Assembly: GCA_963786195.1 (NCBI GenBank)
Contig: CAWAYH010000011.1
Coordinates: 374,781-438,780 of the forward strand
Reading direction: 5' to 3'
Origin: an uncultured Acidobacteriota bacterium
Lineage (GTDB): Bacteria; Acidobacteriota; Vicinamibacteria; Vicinamibacterales; 2-12-FULL-66-21
DNA length: 64,000 nucleotides
This document shows positions 18,157-27,133 of this stretch, piece by piece; within the stretch, counting starts at the first letter, position 1, and every line of letters begins with the position of its first letter. The notes below the pieces were generated by a model. It made no database searches and was not told where the DNA came from. It saw only the letters and a list, made by a program, of their open reading frames with translations. The position numbers and the translations under genes are program-made.

Positions 18157-21087
18157 ATGGCAGTCCCAAACGAGACCCGGGGCCACATCGTCATCCGGGG
18201 GGCGCGCACTCACAACCTCAAGAACGTCGATCTGACGCTCGCGCCACGCACTCTGGTGGTCATGACCGGAGTCAGCGGGTCGGGCAAGTCGTCGCTCGCT
18301 TTCGACACGATCTACGCCGAGGGCCAGCGGCGATACGTCGAATCGCTGTCGGCGTACGCGCGGCAGTTTCTCGAGCGGATGGAGAAGCCCGACGTCGATG
18401 CCATCGAGGGCATCTGCCCGGCGATTGCGATCCGCCAGAAGAACAGCATCCGCAACCCGCGCTCGACCGTCAGCACGACGACCGAGATCCACGACTATCT
18501 GAGACTGCTGTACGCGCGCGTCGGCAAGACGTTCTGCCGGAAGTGCGGCCGTGAAGTCATACGTGAAACGGCCGAGGTCGTGGCGAGCCAGCTGGCCAGC
18601 CTTCCTCCGGAGACGCGACTGCTGATCGGCTTCGACATGCCGATCGTCGGGAACTCGCCGCTTCCGGGCGACGCCGCGGTGCGTGAGGGCGAGGAGGAAG
18701 AGGCAGCCGAAGCGAACGGTGACGAGGAAGCGTCGGCTCAGCAGGGCCTGCCCGGGCTCGTCGATCCGATCGCCGAGATGCTCGCCGCGCTTCGCCGCAA
18801 AGGGTTCGGGCGGCTCTACGTCGACAATCAGACGGTGTCGCTCGAGGACATCGACCGGGCCGCGCTTCGCGACCGGACGATCCTGCGGGTGATCGTGGAT
18901 CGGGTGAAGGTCGACGGCGACGTGCGCGCGCGGCTTACCGATTCGATCGAGACCGCCTACACGGAAGGCGGAGGCGCCGCGTTCGCGATCGAGCCGCGAG
19001 ACGACGCGCCGGTCGTGCACCGGTTCAGCGAGCGGTTCGAGTGCCGCCCCTGCGAGCTTCAGTACGAAGTGCCGCAGCCGCGCCTGTTCTCGTTCAACAA
19101 CCCCTTCGGCGCGTGCGCGACGTGCCACGGGTTCGGCAACATCATCGAGCTCGACATGGATCTGGTCGTGCCGGACCGGACCAAGTCGATCCTGCAGAAC
19201 GCGATCGAGCCCTGGAGCAAGCCGCACTACCGCGCCCAGCTCGCGGAGCTGAAGCGCGCCGCGCGCCAGCGCGGGCTGCGGCTGGATGTCCCCTGGTCGG
19301 AGCTGACGGAAGACGAACACCGATTCGTGATCGAGGGGGATGGCGCGAGCTTCGAAGGCGTCAAGGGTTTCTTCCGCTGGCTGGAACGCAAGAAGTACAA
19401 AGTGCACGTCCGAGTGTTCCTGAGCCGCTACCGCGGGTATCTGATCTGTCCCGAGTGCCAGGGCGCGAGACTGCGCCGTGAGGCGCGCGACGTCAGGGTG
19501 GGTGAGCGGACGATCGACCAGGTCTGCTCGCTGACGGTGCGTGAAGCCGCGCAGTTCTTTGCGACGCTTCAGTTATCGGAAAAGGACAGCGCGATCGCGG
19601 ACAAGGTCCTGCGCGAGATCAAGAAGCGTCTCGGTTTCCTCCGGGACGTGGGGCTCGACTACCTAACGCTCGACCGCCTCTCGTCGACGCTCTCGGGCGG
19701 CGAATCGCAGAGGATCAACCTCGCGACCTCGCTCGGCTCGGCGCTCGTCGACACGCTGTACGTCCTCGACGAACCGTCCATCGGCCTCCACCCGCGCGAC
19801 AACGAGCGGCTGATCGCGATCCTGCGACAGCTTCGCGACCAGGGGAACACCGTCCTCGTCGTCGAACACGACGCGGACATGATTCGCGTGGCCGACACCG
19901 TCGTGGACATGGGTCTCGGCGCGGGCGAGCAGGGTGGACGCGTGGTCTTCAGCGGTCCGCTCTCGGCGCTGCTCCAGGAGCCGCGCTCGCTGACGGCGAA
20001 GTACTTGCGCGACGAGCTGGCAATCCCCGTCCCTGTCGTCAGGCGCAAGCCGTCCAACCAGCGACTCAAGATCCACGGGGCCGCCGAGCACAATCTCCAG
20101 AATCTGGACGTCGAGATCCCGCTCGGCCTGCTCGTCGCCGTGACCGGCGTCAGCGGATCCGGGAAGAGCACGCTCGTGCACGACGTGCTGTATGCGGCGC
20201 TGAAACGCATCAAGGGCGAATGGGATCGCCGCGTCGGGACCCATCGTCAGCTCGAGGGCGCCGAGTTCGTCAGCGACGTCGTGCTGGTCGACCAGGCGCC
20301 CATCGGCCGCACGCCGCGATCGAATCCGGTCACCTATCTCAAGGCGTTCGATCCGATCCGCGAGCTATTTGCGGCGACGAAAGACGCGCGCTCGCGGGGC
20401 CTCACGGCCAGTCATTTCTCCTTCAACGTCCCGGGCGGACGCTGCGAGGCGTGTGAAGGCGAGGGCGAGGTCAAGGTCGAGATGCAGTTCCTCGCGGACG
20501 TGTTCGTCCCCTGCGAACAGTGCGAGGGCAAGCGATTCAAGCCGACCGTGCTCGACGTTCGTTATCGCGGGCGCGGCATCGATCACGTGCTGGACATGAC
20601 GGTCCGCGAGGCGCTGACCTTCTTCAGCAGCTCGCCGAAGGTCCTGCGGCGCCTGCAGGTGCTCGACGAAATCGGTCTCGGATACCTCCGGCTCGGTCAG
20701 CCGGCGACGACCCTCTCAGGCGGGGAGGCCCAGCGGATCAAGATCGCCGCGCATCTCTCGTCGCACACGGGCGATCGCATTCTCTACATTCTCGACGAGC
20801 CCACCACGGGGCTGCATTTCGACGACATCGCGAAGCTGCTGGCTGCGTGCCGCAAGCTCATTCAAGCGGGCCACAGCCTGCTGGTGATCGAGCACAATCT
20901 GGACGTGATCAAGACGGCGGACTGGATTCTCGACCTCGGCCCGGAAGGCGGCGAGGAAGGGGGCCGCCTCGTCGCCGCCGGCACACCAGAACAGATCGCC
21001 CAGAACGACGCGTCGCACACGGGCCGCTACCTGCGCGACGTGCTCGCCGTTGGCCGCTCGAACGCATACGGCGCCGTCAGGCACTAG
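18157..21087 (+). CDS. uvrA: Excinuclease ABC subunit A
   Basis: ORF 18157..21087, 976 aa: IVIRGARTHNLKNVDL, two ABC modules (GVSGSGKSSLAFDTIYAEG; VTGVSGSGKSTLV), LSGGESQR / LSGGEAQR signatures and zinc-finger Cys pairs. Confidence 0.97.
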   Translation: MAVPNETRGHIVIRGARTHNLKNVDLTLAPRTLVVMTGVSGSGKSSLAFDTIYAEGQRRYVESLSAYARQFLERMEKPDVDAIEGICPAIAIRQKNSIRNPRSTVSTTTEIHDYLRLLYARVGKTFCRKCGREVIRETAEVVASQLASLPPETRLLIGFDMPIVGNSPLPGDAAVREGEEEEAAEANGDEEASAQQGLPGLVDPIAEMLAALRRKGFGRLYVDNQTVSLEDIDRAALRDRTILRVIVDRVKVDGDVRARLTDSIETAYTEGGGAAFAIEPRDDAPVVHRFSERFECRPCELQYEVPQPRLFSFNNPFGACATCHGFGNIIELDMDLVVPDRTKSILQNAIEPWSKPHYRAQLAELKRAARQRGLRLDVPWSELTEDEHRFVIEGDGASFEGVKGFFRWLERKKYKVHVRVFLSRYRGYLICPECQGARLRREARDVRVGERTIDQVCSLTVREAAQFFATLQLSEKDSAIADKVLREIKKRLGFLRDVGLDYLTLDRLSSTLSGGESQRINLATSLGSALVDTLYVLDEPSIGLHPRDNERLIAILRQLRDQGNTVLVVEHDADMIRVADTVVDMGLGAGEQGGRVVFSGPLSALLQEPRSLTAKYLRDELAIPVPVVRRKPSNQRLKIHGAAEHNLQNLDVEIPLGLLVAVTGVSGSGKSTLVHDVLYAALKRIKGEWDRRVGTHRQLEGAEFVSDVVLVDQAPIGRTPRSNPVTYLKAFDPIRELFAATKDARSRGLTASHFSFNVPGGRCEACEGEGEVKVEMQFLADVFVPCEQCEGKRFKPTVLDVRYRGRGIDHVLDMTVREALTFFSSSPKVLRRLQVLDEIGLGYLRLGQPATTLSGGEAQRIKIAAHLSSHTGDRILYILDEPTTGLHFDDIAKLLAACRKLIQAGHSLLVIEHNLDVIKTADWILDLGPEGGEEGGRLVAAGTPEQIAQNDASHTGRYLRDVLAVGRSNAYGAVRH

Positions 21088-21249
21088 TCTCCCGGCCGCG
21101 TGATTCGTAACATAACTCCCGGGCGGGGCATCCCGGCTGGCGTCGTTGCTCGTCGCTTACAAATTCCCGATTTGCGCGCTCCTCGCGCCTTGCCATCCGG
21201 GCGCCGCGCTCCGGGACTTATGTCACGAATCACGCGGCCGGGAGACTAG
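21084..21249. repeat. 166-bp palindromic (MITE/REP-like) element with 39-bp terminal inverted repeats; the left arm contains the uvrA stop codon
   Basis: Left arm 21084-21122: ctagtctcccggccgcgtgattcgtaacataactcccgg. The reverse complement of the right arm 21211-21249 is ctagtctcccggccgcgtgattcgtgacataagtcccgg (37/39 identical). Both track ORFs crossing the arms end in ...VSRPRDS. Confidence 0.75.
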
Positions 21250-21365
21250 CTCGGCGCTCGGCGCTCTGGGCTCGGCGCTCGGAAAAACCGAAAACCGAAA
21301 ACCGACAACCGAAACCGAAAACTGAAAACCGAAAACCAAAAACCGACAACCGACAACCGATAAGC
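21249..21365 (+). repeat. Composite tandem heptamer array: GCTCGGC-type x5, then GAMAACC-type x12
   Basis: gctcggc gctcggc gctctgg gctcggc gctcgg | aaaaacc gaaaacc gaaaacc gacaacc gaaacc gaaaact gaaaacc gaaaacc aaaaacc gacaacc gacaacc gataagc. Confidence 0.8.
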
Positions 21366-21559
21366 TACAGCCCAGAAGGTCGGCTGACGAAAAGCAGTCC
21401 GGAGAGCGAATCGCAGGTCCTGAAGGAGGGCGTCTATTGCGTCTCTTAGACGGGCTGGGTTTTCGCACCGTTGCAGGGGTGCGAAGAACTGGGAAGAAGT
21501 GGGTGTTGGCCCTTCAGGGTGGGTGGCTTACAATGGTCTCGCCCCCCTCAAGAGTTCCC

Positions 21560-22804
21560 ATGGCCAGCATGACCAGACTTGTACGCTCGATCCTCGTCGT
21601 CCCGCTGCTGACCTCGACAGCCATCGTCCTCTCGGCCCAGGCGCCCGCGCGCTTCGAGGATGTCGTCCGCAACCTGCGCAACCCCGATCCGAAGGTCAGG
21701 TTCAGCGCGGTTCGGCTGCTGCACGAGGCGGGGTATCTCGAGGCGATTGCGCCGATCGCTCCGCTCGTCAACGACCCGGTCAACGAAATCCAGCTGGAGG
21801 CCATCGGCACCGAGCTGACGTTCTATCTCGTCCAGGCGGTTCCCGAGAAGAAGCGGGTCGCGTTCGTCGTCGAGGTCCGAACCGACGGGCGCGGGCCGGC
21901 GGCGTTCGAGATGGGCCCGCTCGTGTCCTGGCCGAAGCCGGTTCCGGGCGAGTTGGTGGACGCGTTGCTGAAAGCCGTCGACGATGACAACAAGCGGGTA
22001 CGTGTGGAGGCGATCTACACGCTGGGCGTCATCGCGCGGCCGCCGCTGGCGGAACCGGCCGCGGCACAACTGATCAAGGCGCTGGATCACTACGACGCCG
22101 CGATTCGGGCTGCCGCAGCCCGCGTGATCGGCCGCCTGCAGGTCAAGAACGCCGGTGAGGCGCTCCTGAAGGCGGTCAACGATTCCGATGCGCAGGTCCG
22201 CTTCGCGGCGATCCGGGCGCTTGGCGAGATCCGCGACGAGCGCGCCATCCAGGCGCTCACCGAGCAGCTGACCTACTACGAGAAGGGCGAAGGCGCATGG
22301 TCGGCGCTCGACGCGCTCGCACGCATCGCCCATCCATCGAGCGTCCCGCTCTTCAAGTCGCGTCTGACCGATAAGGATCCCTATCTGCGCCGTGCCGCGA
22401 CCGAAGGGCTTGCGCGTGCAGGCAGCGCGGCCGATCTCGCGCCATTCGAAGGCGGGGTCAACCACGACGAATCAGAGATGGTGCGGGCCGCGATGGCGTT
22501 TGCGATGTATAAGGGCGGACACCCCACCTATCTCGGCCGTTTGATCGACTCGATAGATTCCGATCGGATGGCGCCCCAGATCCAGGGATACCTGATGGAG
22601 CTCGGACCGCCGGTTGTGCCGAGCGTCACCCCGCGTCTCAAGGAACCTGACGAGGGCGTGCGGAAAAACCTCGCAACCGTGCTGGGCGCCATCGGCGACC
22701 AGTCGACGGTGGCGGCGCTGACGCCGCTCAAGGAAGACCGCAGCCGCGACGTCGCGACCGCGGCGACGTACGCCATCGAACGCATCAAGATGAGCGGCAG
22801 GTGA
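21560..22804 (+). CDS. HEAT-repeat protein with N-terminal signal peptide
   Basis: Track ORF 21437..22804. Likely start at ATG 21560 (MASMTRLVRSILVVPLLTSTAIVLSAQAP). Repeated ...D.VR..A...LG... units (PDPKVRFSAVRLL, NKRVRVEAIYTLG, DAAIRAAAARVIG, DAQVRFAAIRALG, DPYLRRAATEGLA, EGVRKNLATVLG). Confidence 0.75.
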   Translation: MASMTRLVRSILVVPLLTSTAIVLSAQAPARFEDVVRNLRNPDPKVRFSAVRLLHEAGYLEAIAPIAPLVNDPVNEIQLEAIGTELTFYLVQAVPEKKRVAFVVEVRTDGRGPAAFEMGPLVSWPKPVPGELVDALLKAVDDDNKRVRVEAIYTLGVIARPPLAEPAAAQLIKALDHYDAAIRAAAARVIGRLQVKNAGEALLKAVNDSDAQVRFAAIRALGEIRDERAIQALTEQLTYYEKGEGAWSALDALARIAHPSSVPLFKSRLTDKDPYLRRAATEGLARAGSAADLAPFEGGVNHDESEMVRAAMAFAMYKGGHPTYLGRLIDSIDSDRMAPQIQGYLMELGPPVVPSVTPRLKEPDEGVRKNLATVLGAIGDQSTVAALTPLKEDRSRDVATAATYAIERIKMSGR

Positions 22805-22823
22805 ACCGGAGGTCGCGCGGATC

Positions 22824-23444
22824 GTGGTAGTCCTGCCGCGCGCGTTCTACGCGCGGCCGACGCTCGACGTCGCGCGCGACCTGATCGGCGCGGTGCTCGT
22901 ACACGAGACCCGTGCCGGCACGACCTCCGGGATCATCGTCGAAGCCGAGGCGTATATCGGCGAAGGCGACCCTGCCTGCCACGCTGCTCCCGGACCCACC
23001 GCCAGGAACGCACCGCTCTACGGGCCGCCGGGCTTCGCGTACGTGTATCTCAACTACGGTCTTCACTATCTGGTCAACGCCGTCACGGAACCAGAAGGAT
23101 CTCCGGCTGCCGTGCTGATCCGCGCGCTCGAGCCGCTGGACGGAGAGCCGTTCATGCGGCGGCGTCGCGCCCGAAGCTCACGTCGGCCCGCTAATGCGAT
23201 CGCGACCGCGGAGTTGTGCAAGGGTCCTGGCAACCTGACGTGTGCCCTGGGCATCACCCTGAAACAGAATCGCTTCGATCTCACGCGTGGCGCTCTGCGC
23301 ATCGAACGTCGTCGTCTGCCGGTGCGCGAGGTGGCGTGGAGCCGGAGGATTGGGTTGACCGTAGGTGTGGACGCGGAATGGCGCGTTTACGCGATTGGCA
23401 GCGCCGCCGTTTCCGGACCGAAGGGCCCGAGCCGTCCGCGATGA
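22824..23444 (+). CDS. mpg: DNA-3-methyladenine glycosylase (AAG/Mpg family)
   Basis: ORF 22824..23444: LPRAFYARPTLDVARDLIGAVLVHE...GIIVEAEAYIGEGDPACHA...GFAYVYLNYGLHYLVNAV. Confidence 0.85.
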   Translation: MVVLPRAFYARPTLDVARDLIGAVLVHETRAGTTSGIIVEAEAYIGEGDPACHAAPGPTARNAPLYGPPGFAYVYLNYGLHYLVNAVTEPEGSPAAVLIRALEPLDGEPFMRRRRARSSRRPANAIATAELCKGPGNLTCALGITLKQNRFDLTRGALRIERRRLPVREVAWSRRIGLTVGVDAEWRVYAIGSAAVSGPKGPSRPR

Positions 23445-23447
23445 TCT

Positions 23448-24653
23448 TCAGCGACGGCGCGTAGGTCTTCCCGTCGCCTGTGCGATGGGCACGCGCGCGG
23501 TCGCGCTGCGGCCATTCCGGAGGAGCCCCAGCGTCACCGTGCTTCCAATCTTGGCGTCCGACAGCATTCGCATCAGATGCGAACCGTCTTCGATCGTCAG
23601 GCTGTTGAAGGTGACGATGATGTCGTACTGACGCACTCCGGCAGCGTACACCTCCGAGCGCTCGAGCACGTCCGAGACGATCACGCCCTTGGCGTTCGGC
23701 GCACCGAGCTTGTCGGCGAGCTGGGGGTTCATCGGGTACAGCTCGATGCCCGAGATGGTGCCGCGCCGCACCTGACCGTACGTGATCAGCTCGTTCATGA
23801 CGTGCCGCGCCAGGTTGCTGGGCACGGCGAAGCCGACCCCCTGGTAGCCGCCGGTCTCGCTGAAGATGGCCGTGTTGATCCCCACGAGCTCGCCGCGCGC
23901 GTTCACGAGCGCGCCGCCCGAGTTCCCGCGATTGATCGCGGCGTCGGTCTGGATGAAGTCTTCGTACGGTGCGAGGCCTCCCCCGAGGGTCCTGCCGGTC
24001 GCGCTGACGATGCCGGCCGTCACGGTCTGATTCAGCACGCCGAAGGGATTACCGATCGCGAGCACCCACTCAGCGACTTTCAGCTTCGATGAGTCGCCCC
24101 ACGCGAAACTCGGCAGGTTGGTCGCATCGACCTTCAGCAGCGCAATGTCGGTCGCTTCGTCGAGCCCGACGATCGTGGCACGCATCTCCCGCTTGTCCGG
24201 CAGCGTCACGGACACGTCGGCGCGCAGATCGCCGATGACGTGGGTATTGGTCAGCACGTATCCGTCCGCCGACACGATCACGCCGGACCCGAGGCTCTGC
24301 GCGAGCCGATCGCGATAGCCGAATGGGCCATTCGGAGAGCGGTCGCCGAAGAACTCCCGGAAGAACGGATCGCTGGCGAAGGGGGAGTTCGGCGTCCGGA
24401 CGACCTGCGTGGACGAGATGTTGGGGACGCTCACGACCGCCCGCTGGGCCGCGACCGTGAGATCGGGCGCGCCGCCCGGCGAGGTCGCGAGCGATCGCGC
24501 CGTTTGAGGCTCGCCCAGCGCGCTGGCTCCCGGCTTCTGCGGCAGCTGCTGCGCGGAGGATTCCTCAGCGGTGCGCATGCGCCCCGTGAGCACGAGCCCC
24601 GCGATAAAACCGAGTGTCACGAGGAACGTTGTGAGCGTGATGCGTCGCAGCAT
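23448..24653 (-). CDS. htrA: Periplasmic serine endoprotease, DegP/HtrA family (trypsin-like domain plus one PDZ)
   Basis: ORF 23448..24653: signal/TM N-terminus, GSGVIVSADGYVLTNTHVI, DIALLKV, TDAAINRGNSGGALVN (catalytic Ser), C-terminal PDZ. Confidence 0.9.
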   Translation of the reverse strand: MLRRITLTTFLVTLGFIAGLVLTGRMRTAEESSAQQLPQKPGASALGEPQTARSLATSPGGAPDLTVAAQRAVVSVPNISSTQVVRTPNSPFASDPFFREFFGDRSPNGPFGYRDRLAQSLGSGVIVSADGYVLTNTHVIGDLRADVSVTLPDKREMRATIVGLDEATDIALLKVDATNLPSFAWGDSSKLKVAEWVLAIGNPFGVLNQTVTAGIVSATGRTLGGGLAPYEDFIQTDAAINRGNSGGALVNARGELVGINTAIFSETGGYQGVGFAVPSNLARHVMNELITYGQVRRGTISGIELYPMNPQLADKLGAPNAKGVIVSDVLERSEVYAAGVRQYDIIVTFNSLTIEDGSHLMRMLSDAKIGSTVTLGLLRNGRSATARVPIAQATGRPTRRR

Positions 24654-24656
24654 GGC

Positions 24657-25046
24657 TTACTTGACTTCAATCCGGCGCGCGGGAGGCGGCGAGATCTTCG
24701 GGAGCGTGACGGTGAGCACGCCGTTCGACAGGTCCGCCGAAACGGCCGTGACGTCGACGATCTCGGCGAACTCGAAGGTTCGCACGAACGCGCCATGTCC
24801 CCGCTCGACCTGGTGAAAGTGGACGATCTCGTTCCCGTTGTGCCGATCGGTTCTCCGGCCCCGGAGGATCAGCCGGTAGTCTTCGAGCGAGAGGTCGATT
24901 TCGTCCCGGCTGATGCCTGGCACTTCGGCCGTGACGACGTACGCCCTGGATGTTTCGTAGACGTCAATCGCCGGCGACCACGCGTCGGGGTGGTGGGCCG
25001 ACATCCGCTCCAGGCGCTCCTGCCAGACCCGCAGGTCCCAAGGCAT
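24657..25046 (-). CDS. Small heat-shock protein, Hsp20/alpha-crystallin family
   Basis: Track ORF 24657..25112: PAIDVYETSRAYVVTAEVPGISRDEIDLSLEDYRLILRGRR...GAFVRTFEF...ADLSNGVLTVTLPK. Start placed at ATG 25046, because starting at 25112 would overlap the divergent efp gene. 3 nt upstream of htrA. Confidence 0.8.
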   Translation of the reverse strand: MPWDLRVWQERLERMSAHHPDAWSPAIDVYETSRAYVVTAEVPGISRDEIDLSLEDYRLILRGRRTDRHNGNEIVHFHQVERGHGAFVRTFEFAEIVDVTAVSADLSNGVLTVTLPKISPPPARRIEVK

Positions 25047-25101
25047 GCTGCGATCGTAGCATGCGCCTGCTGTGCTAAGATCGAAAGGTTGTGGATATCG
25101 C

Positions 25102-25665
25102 ATGAGCTCCATTCAGGCTACAAGACTCAAGAAAGGCATGCTGGTGAAGATGGGGGAGGACCTCTGCCGGGTTCTCGACCTCCAGCATTTCACCCCAGGC
25201 AACAAGCGCGGGTTCGTCCAGGCGAAGCTCCGGAACATCCGCACGTCGTCGCTGTCCGATCACAAGTTCCGCTCGGAAGACGATGTCGAGCGGGCGACGC
25301 TCGATGAGCGGGAGATGCAGTACCTCTACCGGGACGGAGACTCGTTTCATTTCATGGATACGGCCTCGTTCGAGCAGCTGCACATCCCGGCGGACGTGCT
25401 CGGCGACTCCGTCAACTACATCGTGCAGGAGGCGCTCATCACGGTGGAGTTCTACGGATCCGAGCCGGTCGGGATCGAGCTGCCGCAGACCGTGGATCTG
25501 AAAGTCGACGACACGTCCCCGGGCATCAAGGGCGCGACCGCCAGCGCGCAGGTCAAGCCGGCCCGGCTCGAGACCGGCCTCGTCGTGCAGGTCCCGCCGT
25601 TCGTCAACACCGGCGATGTGATTCGCGTCAGCACGGAGACCGGAGAGTACCTGTCGCGCGCGTAG
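25102..25665 (+). CDS. efp: Translation elongation factor P
   Basis: Track ORF 25072..25665. The family start [46 protein letters not shown] is at ATG 25102. Confidence 0.95.
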   Translation: MSSIQATRLKKGMLVKMGEDLCRVLDLQHFTPGNKRGFVQAKLRNIRTSSLSDHKFRSEDDVERATLDEREMQYLYRDGDSFHFMDTASFEQLHIPADVLGDSVNYIVQEALITVEFYGSEPVGIELPQTVDLKVDDTSPGIKGATASAQVKPARLETGLVVQVPPFVNTGDVIRVSTETGEYLSRA

Positions 25666-25673
25666 CCTCACTC

Positions 25674-26285
25674 ATGGACACACCACAACCTGCACTCGGC
25701 TCCCACTCCGGAATGGACAGCACGCCGCAGCGCCCGACATCAGGCTGGATCGAGGTCATCACCGGCAGCATGTTCAGCGGCAAGAGCGAGGAGCTGATCC
25801 GGCGGCTGCGCCGCGCGCAGATCGCCAGGCAGAAAGTCCAGATCTTCAAGCCGCGCATCGACAACCGCTTCGGCGACGGCCACATCATCTCGCACAGCGA
25901 GATGCGGATCCCGTCGGAGGACCTGGAGTCCTCGCGCGACCTGCTGGCCCGCGTCGAGGCGGACACCGAAGTCGTGGGCATCGACGAAGGACAGTTCTTC
26001 GACGCCGAGCTGCCGGCCGTCTGCAACACGCTCGCCGATCAGGGAAAGCGCGTGATCGTCGCCGGGCTGGATCAGGACTATCTCGGCAAGCCGTTCGAGC
26101 CGATGCCGCAGCTGCTCGCGATCGCGGAATACATCACCAAAACGCTCGCCATCTGCGTCGTCTGCGGCGCGCCGGCCAATCACACCCAGCGCCTGGTCGC
26201 CAGCAGCGCCCGCGTGCTCGTCGGGGCGCAAGGCACGTACGAAGCGCGCTGCCGCCGCTGCTTCGATCCCCGACTCGGACAATAG
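25674..26285 (+). CDS. tdk: Thymidine kinase
   Basis: ORF 25674..26285: [25 protein letters not shown] (P-loop), [10 protein letters not shown]-terminal zinc ribbon [13 protein letters not shown]...ARCRRCF. Confidence 0.9.
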   Translation: MDTPQPALGSHSGMDSTPQRPTSGWIEVITGSMFSGKSEELIRRLRRAQIARQKVQIFKPRIDNRFGDGHIISHSEMRIPSEDLESSRDLLARVEADTEVVGIDEGQFFDAELPAVCNTLADQGKRVIVAGLDQDYLGKPFEPMPQLLAIAEYITKTLAICVVCGAPANHTQRLVASSARVLVGAQGTYEARCRRCFDPRLGQ

Positions 26286-26291
26286 TAAAAT

Positions 26292-26431
26292 ACTGAATGC
26301 CGAAGTCCGAGTTCTGAATTGAACTTGGAGATTCTTCAGACTTGCCAAGTTCTACGATAGTTTCGAAGTTGGCAAGCGAGAAGACTTCGACGTTCGACTT
26401 CAGCATTCAGACTTCAGCATTCAGAATTGCA
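26292..26431. repeat. Left arm of a ~140-bp imperfect inverted repeat bracketing ORF 26431..26985; made largely of TTCAGNN-type heptamers
   Basis: Blocks gaatgccgaagt (26295-26306), cttcagacttgcc (26334-26346) and cagcattcagacttcagcattcagaatt (26401-26428) recur inverted and in reverse order in 26984-27110. Confidence 0.6.
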
Positions 26432-26985
26432 TGGAGACGCTGTCCCGCTTGCTGTTCGTGCTCGGTGTTGGCTTCCTCTGTGCGAACGTCCGTCTGCTCT
26501 TCCAGTTCCTGCGTTTTCTGAAGATGCGCTCCACGGCGCTGCTGACGTGGCCGGGCAGCCGTCCGCCGTTTTATCTGCTGCTGCTCGCGATCGGCGCGAC
26601 GCTCGCGCTGCTCATCGTCTATAAGGTCGCCGTCCTGCGCGTTCACCCGAGCCAGGTGTTCGGAGAGAGCATGATGCTCGTGTACTACGCGTACGCGCTG
26701 CCGCTCAGCCTGCGGATCGGCCGGGGCTTTTACGAGGACGGCATCTGGTCCGATCGCGGGTTCATCCCGTATTCACGCATCGGCGGGCTGTCGTGGCGTG
26801 AGGACGAGCAGGTCACGCTGGTGCTCGTGTACCGCATGCAGGCGTTCGCCAGCCGCCTCGTCGTGCCCCGGTCGCACTACGCCGCCGCCCGGCGGCTGCT
26901 GCGTGACAAGATCGCCGCGCACGATATCGAGTTCGCTGAGAAGTCGCTGAACCTGGGGGACCGGGACTTGCGAGATGATGTGTAA
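26431..26985 (+). CDS. Hypothetical membrane protein (184 aa; 2-3 N-terminal TM helices plus a soluble C-terminal domain)
   Basis: ORF 26431..26985: LLFVLGVGFLCANVRLLFQFLRFL..., PPFYLLLLAIGATLALLIVYKVAVL. GC and codon style resemble the neighbours. No family recognised. Confidence 0.6.
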   Translation: METLSRLLFVLGVGFLCANVRLLFQFLRFLKMRSTALLTWPGSRPPFYLLLLAIGATLALLIVYKVAVLRVHPSQVFGESMMLVYYAYALPLSLRIGRGFYEDGIWSDRGFIPYSRIGGLSWREDEQVTLVLVYRMQAFASRLVVPRSHYAAARRLLRDKIAAHDIEFAEKSLNLGDRDLRDDV

Positions 26986-27133
26986 TTCTGAATTCTGAAT
27001 GCTGAATGCTGACGTGAAGTGGGAATTGCGGAAGTTTGAAGTTAAGTGGGAATGGGGCAAGTCGGAAGAAGGTTCAGCAAGGTTCGAACCTCCGAATTAC
27101 TTCAGCATTCCTCATTCAGCATTCAAAATTGCA
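26984..27133. repeat. Right arm of the inverted repeat; begins with TGA-bearing heptamers TTCTGAA TTCTGAA TGCTGAA TGCTGAC
   Basis: Reverse complements: 27099-27110 = gaatgctgaagt, 27056-27068 = cttccgacttgcc, 26984-27011 = cagcattcagcattcagaattcagaatt. In addition, 27099-27133 is a direct near-copy of 26397-26431. Confidence 0.6.

Noticed and set aside
18127-19407. 426-aa minus-strand ORF
   Set aside because: Antisense to uvrA, with a low-complexity Arg/Asp/Leu-rich translation and no conserved motifs.
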